Shown in pieces: positions 57,211 through 64,000 of a DNA stretch of 64,000 nucleotides. Positions within the stretch are counted from its first letter, which is position 1, and each line of letters opens with the position of its first letter. Below the pieces are notes generated by a model, which saw only the letters and a program-made list of their open reading frames with translations, did not search any database and was not told where the DNA came from. The position numbers and the translations under genes were made by a program. Source of the DNA: Batkoa obscura (taxonomy: Eukaryota); assembly GCA_030770535.1 (NCBI GenBank), contig JASVEC010000018.1:124001-188000 (forward strand), written 5' to 3'.

Positions 57211-57918
57211 TTTGTTGAATTGAATGTTTATTTGTATTAAAAAATAAAAGTTGATATTTGAAATCGAACATTGAAATCAATAAATTTCTATAGCCAATTT
57301 ATGAGCCAATTATTCAAGCCACGTAAAATCTAAAACATAAAACAAAACATTACACTTCTAAAAAGATGAGATTAACTTAAAGACATACTATTATTATCTA
57401 TTATCTTTATTGATTTTAATAAAGAACTCAGATTAAGTTAGGAATGAATCATTGATTATATGCCCTTGTAGCTCACAATAAACAAAGTTCTGGTGCATTG
57501 AATATCTACTTTATATGGTTGAGTTAAAGCAATTCATCAAGTGCTTTAAAATGGAGTGTAATGACATTGAGTATTATTGCTCATTGAAAATATTCCAATA
57601 TTTGATAAAAAATAAATACAAGTTGAATATAAAAAATAGTTTATTAAATAAAAGCTAAAGTATTTAAAGTGTTCACTCATGGGACTGTATAACAATAATA
57701 ATAATAATAATAATAATAAGTTTTTTTTAGATTACAGATGTTTGAAATAGTATATAAACAAAGATTAGAAATCACTTCGAAAAGCGGAAATATGTTCAAA
57801 TGGCAAACCCATTCTTGGTTTCTTGGTAAAAGTAGAGTATTACGAACAAAACTTCTCAAAATAAGCCCTATATTCCATATGATTGAACGATATCAACATC
57901 TACTTTAAGCAAAGCAAG

Positions 57919-58278
57919 TTAAAAGTGGTATTTCTTAGAAATTGCGATAAATTCCAAATGACAAGGTGTTACTTGCTTTCTCTTGTTCAAGATGCAAGTA
58001 AAAGCATCTTTTTCATTTTCAACCTTATCGCTAAGAATCCGTTTAATAATTGCTAATACCTTATCTGTTTGCGTTTGTATCATTTTTTTATTTCTCTTAT
58101 GATATAACTTTTGTTGGATGGTAGATTTTGTTTCATTTAACGTTAACGAATGGACTCTACCTACTAATTGGTCCATATCTTTAGAGGTGATTCTATCAGC
58201 AAGTGACAAAGCTTCCATTCTAGAGCAGAGCTTATCAATGGAATTGTTATTATTAGGTTTGCTTGTAAATTTTGGCAT
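57919..58278 (-). CDS. 119-aa orphan protein, paralog B
   Basis: Colinear homolog of 37069-37428. Confidence 0.75.
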   Translation of the reverse strand: MPKFTSKPNNNNSIDKLCSRMEALSLADRITSKDMDQLVGRVHSLTLNETKSTIQQKLYHKRNKKMIQTQTDKVLAIIKRILSDKVENEKDAFTCILNKRKQVTPCHLEFIAISKKYHF

Positions 58279-58661
58279 TGTGGATAGAAGATAAAAGTGA
58301 AGTTGATATGATTAAAGCGATAGTGATATAAAGTTAAAGTAAAAAAAGGATCAAGCTAAAAAAACAAATAAATTTAAAATTGAAATTAACAATTTGAATA
58401 CTTTTGCTTGCGTTTTATACTTTTGAATTATTGTTCAAAATTTCAATTTTTATTTAAAAATCCATTTGACTATAAAATTATGTGATCACCCTGAAACATA
58501 ACCAGTTATTATGAATATTAAGCTTGGTTTTGAATTCATAAGGAATAAAACATCATTCAATCTTTAGCAATTGTTAATTGGATTCAAGATATCCAATCAA
58601 AGAGTAGCATATGCTTAATTTACTACAATTACTAAAAAATTAAAATGTATGTTTTACAAAT

Positions 58662-59914
58662 GGGAGTGTTTTTTTGGCTTCACTACTTTTTCCATCTTTT
58701 GAGCACTTTGAGCGAAAATTTGTTAGTAAAATTAAACACAAAAATACATTCCCAAATGCTTTCAGCAAATATATATAATACATAAAATGCATCAAAAAAT
58801 CAAAAGCTACTAAATTTAATTAAACTTGCATTAAAGTTTGTAAAAAGAGTCTTTTAACTTTATAATAAATTTTATATAGGTTTAAATGTTTAAAAAATAA
58901 ATTTATAAAAAGTTACAAGTTTTATTTTATTTAAATGCTTTATAAAACTGATACTTTGTGGTTGAAATTGAGATTTATTTTAAATTAATTAATTACAAAT
59001 TAACAAGTTTCAGTTTATATAACTAAGATAAATAAACTATAAATTATAATATGTAGTAAGCTGTAACTCATAAAACAAATAAAGTAAAAAGTATGGGGAT
59101 ATATTTTTATATCTAAAGTTTATTAATAATTTTTTTGGTTAAATAGCATTTAAAAAACAAAAAAGTGATAAAACTAAACACCCTTATATAATTACATAAT
59201 TTATATAAAATATTTTATGAAAAACTTAATAGTTCTAATAAAAAACAATCGAGATGTTTTTTTTGATTTCATTACTTTTTTATTTTTAAATATTATTTGA
59301 GTGGAAAAATTGTTAGTAAAATTCTAAACACAAAAATTCACCCCTAATATCAAAAAATAATTAAAAAATATATAAAAAATATAATAAAAGTTATAATTTT
59401 CTATTATAATTATTAAATATAAATACTAAATATTAAAATAATATTTCTTGCAATTAAGTAGTAAAAATTCTTATAGCAAATTTAAATATAACGGGGATGT
59501 ATTTTTTTGTTTAATTTTACTAACAATCTTTCCACTTAAATAGTACTTAAAAACAGAGGAAGTGATGAAACTAAAAAAAACACCTCAAATTACAGTTAAA
59601 TTAGTTAAAACTAAAAAAATCAAAAATGCTAAAGTTGAAATTTTTGTAAAATTATTGTTCTTAAAAATTATAATAGTTGCTTTTTTAACATTTAAAGTAC
59701 ATAAGGATGTATTTTTTATTTAATTTTTTTTTAGTTTTAAACATAATTTTATTAAAATAGATCTAAGTTAAAAAAAATAATGCAAAAATGTTTTTAATTA
59801 AAAATGTAATTAAAATGGGGATGTTCTCTTTGGTTTATCACTTTTTCGATTTTTTAAGCACTATTTGAACAGAAAAATTGTTGGTAAAATTCTTAAACAA
59901 AAAAACAAATCCCC
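58662..59914. mobile_element. Five MITE copies (58662-58753, 59095-59185, 59250-59344, 59493-59586, 59817-59914)
   Basis: Same TIR and core, variably decayed. The first has TSD AAAT/AAAT. Confidence 0.82.
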
Positions 59915-59934
59915 GAATACACTAATCACTTTAA

Positions 59935-60366
59935 TGTGAAATATCGCTTTGTTAGCTCTATGATTGATTATAACAACAACAACTTAAGTTGTTGTTATTG
60001 TTATCAAGCTCAAATACAATTAATCCCAATCTTCTTATTTTGATTTGCTATGACAAGTTCTAACTTCACATTACAAAGAGTATTATCCTCTCGTTTTGGT
60101 ATCCATACTATTGGAGTATAAAAGAAATTCTTCAACATGGTAACTTAGGGCTTTTTAACTGAATTATTCCCTGATATCTCGTATGCTTAGTAAAGCCACC
60201 AAATCTTTGTGATAGTATTTTACATAAATTTCACAGTAATATTGTCTATTATAATCGTCTTATATAGCCCGTAGCCTACTACGTGTTATTCTTCATAATT
60301 CAAGTCTATCTTAGTCACATAAACTAAGACCTTCTGATTCCAACTACTGATTATCAAGATTCCACA
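59935..60366 (+). mobile_element. Third, older solo LTR-like copy
   Basis: TGTGAAATATCGCTTTG...GGCTTTTTAACTGAATTATTCCCTGATAT...CAAGTCTATCTTAGTCACATAAACTAAGACCTT...TCCACA, homologous to 35437-35900 with a ~30 bp deletion. Confidence 0.85.
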
Positions 60367-60909
60367 TTGATATACTTGAATCTTAAGTTTTTTAAATTGT
60401 TTGTAAAAATTTTAATAATTTCATATATTAATGTAAAGAAATTAAACTTATATTAATATAAAAAGTTAAGTACTTGTTAATTAATTTTGTTATTAAAAAA
60501 ATTTAATTAAATAAAAAACAATTTATCTTATATTATATATTTTTTAGCTAATAGCTCAATTAATTTAATATTGGACTGTACAAAAGCGTTTTTTCTAGTT
60601 TTACCACTTGTTTTTTATTAATTTTTTTTATTTTTTAATACAAAAACTGATTTTACTTGATTATATTAAAACTGATTTTTATCAATATCATGAATTTTGG
60701 ATTTTCAATAATATGTAAAGATTTTATTTTTATATAATTAATAAAAAATAGAATCCAGATTTAAGCTTGTATACAAATATAAAAAGTTATACCAGAAAAT
60801 TAAAAAAATTAAAACAAGAACGTCTTAAGCTAAATAAAACAAAATAGAATAATCGTTTAGAGCCTTTAGTATATAAAATAAATTTGAGAAGCAATGCTAT
60901 CTAACATAT

Positions 60910-61008
60910 GGGGGTGTTTTTTTTGGCCTCATCACTTTTTCCATCTTTTGAGCGTTACTTAAGTGGAAAGATTGCTAGTAAAATTTCTAAACATAAAAAT
61001 ACATCTCT
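60910..61008 (-). mobile_element. MITE copy, TSD ATAT
   Basis: ATAT|GGGGGTG...CATCTCT|ATAT. Confidence 0.85.
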
Positions 61009-61463
61009 ATATAGCCATTAAATACAATATTGAGGAAGTTCGCTGAACAATTTGTTTATTTTTAAAATTTGCTAAGTTGAAGGTATTGGAAACCAATTTG
61101 GTTGTAATATGTAATTAAATGCAGTAATACAGGGGAATTATAATACAGTTAATAAAAGTAAAACGATAAGGGTATTTTATAAGCCTTTTTAAATCATTAA
61201 TATAAATTGTTTATATGTTTTGTATTCATAACTGCTTAAAAAACGCCATAAAACTCACTTGGATCTTATGCTTGCAACTATTACCTTTAACTTTTATATT
61301 ATCAACTACTTTACGATATCCATTTATTTACTTTAAAAGCAGAAAATAATTCTATTAAAAAACTATAACATATGTACTAAAACTATTATATAAACAAAAA
61401 AATCTAATTAATATAATAAAAACATATAAGAAACAATCTTAATATACAATCACATCTACCGCT

Positions 61464-61820
61464 TTAATAATAAACTTGGTTATAAATTTGAATGGAATAA
61501 ACCAGTGGTGAATTATATTGAAACACCCTAGAGCCACCAGTATAAGTACATTGTCCTTTACACCCGTAATCACTAAAAAATTGAACGTTTTGATTATAAG
61601 GTACTTTTACTTCATACACCGGTCCCTGTACTCCGAAACATCCAGGTCCAGGACCTATTTCTGCTCGCTCGCCATTGGGTCGTATTATTACTATTTGAAA
61701 TTAAAATTTTAGTGAAAACCTTTATTAAATACACTATTAGTAGTTACCAACTGGATATTGAGCAAGCGAGACACCGACAAAGGATGTAAGTAATAAGAAG
61801 TGTGATTTAAGCATGATCAT
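61464..61820 (-). CDS. Small secreted protein (99 aa, 2 exons, intron 61691-61747)
   Basis: MIMLKSHFLLLTSFVGVSLA-QYPVVIIRPNGERAEIGPGPGCFGVQGPVYEVKVPYNQNVQFFSDYGCKGQCTYTGGSRVFQYNSPLVYSIQIYNQVYY*; GT-AG intron; GC-richer island. Absent from the ORF track. Confidence 0.82.
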
Positions 61821-62996
61821 TAAAGTAAGTTTGATTGAATTTAGTACCAGCTAAATATTTGTAAGTAAGAGAGAACTGTAAATGAAGTAAATAAATAACT
61901 AATTGTTTATATAGTTTATTTATTAGTAATACTGTGTTTTTTATTTTCTTTGGCTGAATAAAACAATGAATCATTCGTGGGGGTTTTGTATTTTCGGTGG
62001 CTAAGTGTATATTTTTACTTTTGTTTTGATCTACGTGGCTTTATTTTTTTACTTATTTTACTAGCTTTTTAAAGTTTATTTACTGTTGTTTTATGGAATA
62101 TTATTTAAATATTACTTTAAAGTATCATGGTAATAAATGATATTAACTTTAAACTATTAATTTTTATATTCGATTAATTGAATTTTTAATCTTATTTTTG
62201 AGCCCAATATTTCATGCCTCTAAATTATTTTTATACAAAAAATATACAAAAAGTCATTTCGTTTTTGAAGGAAAACTATAATTTGACTGTATCGATTGTT
62301 ATATGCCTTCATTAATATTGATTTCTTAAATTTTCTTTTAGTATGTCTAATCATATTTGAGAACCTTATTCATTCAAGCATCCAAAGTTCAGCTTAGGGT
62401 AGCATAGGAAAATACTACATTTAATAGCATTATTATAAATACGAATCTCGTTAGTCAATTTCATATCATATAATTAATTATTAGTCTTTATTTTAATATG
62501 GTAAAATAAATGTGTTCTAATATACAATTCCCCAGAAAACAAAAAGTAATTTAATTACTAAGCAAAGCAAATTAAAGAATGTCAAATGATAGTAATAAGT
62601 ATTTATTATTATTGATAGCACTAGTAATGCTACTGAATAAAGTATAAAAACATTACATTTTTAAAAAAAGAAGTTAACTTTAAGCAGTTAAAGACTTCAT
62701 GTGGAAATTAAAAAGATGAAAATAGAAATAAGACGTTAAAAATAGCTAAGTTGACTAAGAATTTTATTTTTCAAAAAATTAAGCTGGCACATTAATCTCC
62801 ATACAAATCGAGCATTTTTAAAGACAACAGAAAAAAAGGTGAAATTTATTATACTAACGGAAAATTTTCGAGTTTTCTATTCCAAAAAAATAGTAACGGA
62901 AAATATGTAAAATAATTGTATCAGTATATAAATATTTAAAAAAACCTACACTTTAATTATCATAAAAAATTATCTTCTATACCAATATCTAAAAAA

Positions 62997-63785
62997 ATGA
63001 AATTCCTTCTCATAGCCTTATATACCAGCCAAATATTTGCTGCATTAAATCATTTTAATGGTAAAGAAGAGGGTGAAGATAGTATCGATGACAGCCAAGT
63101 GAGGAGTAAATTGGAATTAAACACTTCATGTAATGCAATTTGTAATGAAAATCCATCTAGTGCCAACTCCATGGGTTGTTTTTGCTTTACACCTAATGGT
63201 CAATCTCAAGCTCAAGGAGTAGCGCTCCCAATGAATAACAATTTACCTAACACTAATGCCAATAATCGCAATTTACCAATTCAACCAACCTTAAACAATG
63301 TGAATGATGCCAATAACGCAAACAGCGCCAATAATGCTAATACACCAAATGCTAATGTAGCTACAGTAGTAGTATTCACCACGATTAACCCACAAAATGG
63401 GCAAGCTATGCCACTTTCTACAAGCACATTATTACCAGGACAAACCTTTTTACCTACTCCTTCCAATAATAATCAGCGTAATAATAAATGGATGCCAGCC
63501 TTGAATAATCATCCTAGTATTCAACAAATTAATAAGGGATGGAATAGTAATACTTACTTCCCTACCCCAAGTAATAAAAATTTTAATGCTTTATCGAGTA
63601 GTAGTAGACAAGCTAGCTTATCAACTTCTATGGCTTTGAGCAGCGCTTCAAAAGCAATGAGTAAGGCTAGTTCTTCTATGAGCATGAGTATGAAATCAAT
63701 GGGAAACAATACTTCTGGTTCAAGTTATAATGTTTCCCATGGCTTTTCATTGATTGTTTTGGGCGCAATTTTAGCTTTATGTTAA
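62997..63785 (+). CDS. Secreted, probably GPI-anchored Ser/Asn/Pro-rich cell-surface protein
   Basis: Signal peptide, 4-Cys mini-domain, low-complexity stalk and hydrophobic C-terminus (GFSLIVLGAILALC). Confidence 0.82.
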   Translation: MKFLLIALYTSQIFAALNHFNGKEEGEDSIDDSQVRSKLELNTSCNAICNENPSSANSMGCFCFTPNGQSQAQGVALPMNNNLPNTNANNRNLPIQPTLNNVNDANNANSANNANTPNANVATVVVFTTINPQNGQAMPLSTSTLLPGQTFLPTPSNNNQRNNKWMPALNNHPSIQQINKGWNSNTYFPTPSNKNFNALSSSSRQASLSTSMALSSASKAMSKASSSMSMSMKSMGNNTSGSSYNVSHGFSLIVLGAILALC

Positions 63786-64000
63786 GATTCTGACTATTTT
63801 TAATCGACGCATTACATCTATTTTTCTTCTTTTTTTGGTATAAGAAGATATATACTAAATATTAATAATCATAATAATTAAACATTTCATTTTCAAATAA
63901 AAAATAAAAATAATTTTTTTTATTAATTTTTAATTTACTCATTTTATTATCATAGAGATCAGTTTAATTAGTATTTCAATACTGTAGTCTTTGACTATAT

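Larger units (their letters stand above)
55590..58640 (-). repeat. Right arm of large inverted duplication (apparently identical 55590-57896, diverged beyond)
   Basis: Reverse complement of ~36600-39758. Confidence 0.95.

Noticed and set aside
61518..61712. Plus-strand 64-aa ORF
   Set aside because: Antisense to the spliced secreted-protein gene on the minus strand.

Overview
Very AT-rich eukaryotic (fungal) DNA with short GT-AG introns of about 45-60 nt. It looks like an early-diverging fungus such as a Conidiobolus/Entomophthoromycotina-like lineage, which is an inference only. Housekeeping genes: VMA12, SHO1, a Mit1/CHD remodeler, three SEC11 paralogs, PUS1, VTS1, TatD, eIF3g, a Nup188-like gene, mitoribosomal uS11m, RPN12, ATP19, DDX41, SWP1, COP1, PHO13 and ELP5. 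Secreted-protein genes: two CAP proteins, two small Cys-containing proteins (one missed by the ORF track) and a GPI-like protein. The main structure is a ~3.2 kb inverted duplication. Its inner 2,307 bp arms (37452-39758 / 55590-57896) look identical, carry a C2-domain gene, a MITE cluster and tRNA-Arg(ACG), and bracket a 15.8 kb block of nine genes that could be invertible. The outer arms are diverged and each carries a variant of a 119-aa orphan gene. The window also holds about 19 full copies of a ~95 bp MITE with 4-bp AWWT TSDs (one empty site is visible), a solo LTR nested antisense inside a sister LTR, a 400 bp foldback palindrome and a pogo/Fot1 transposase relic. Exon boundaries and identities were read by eye and are approximate.
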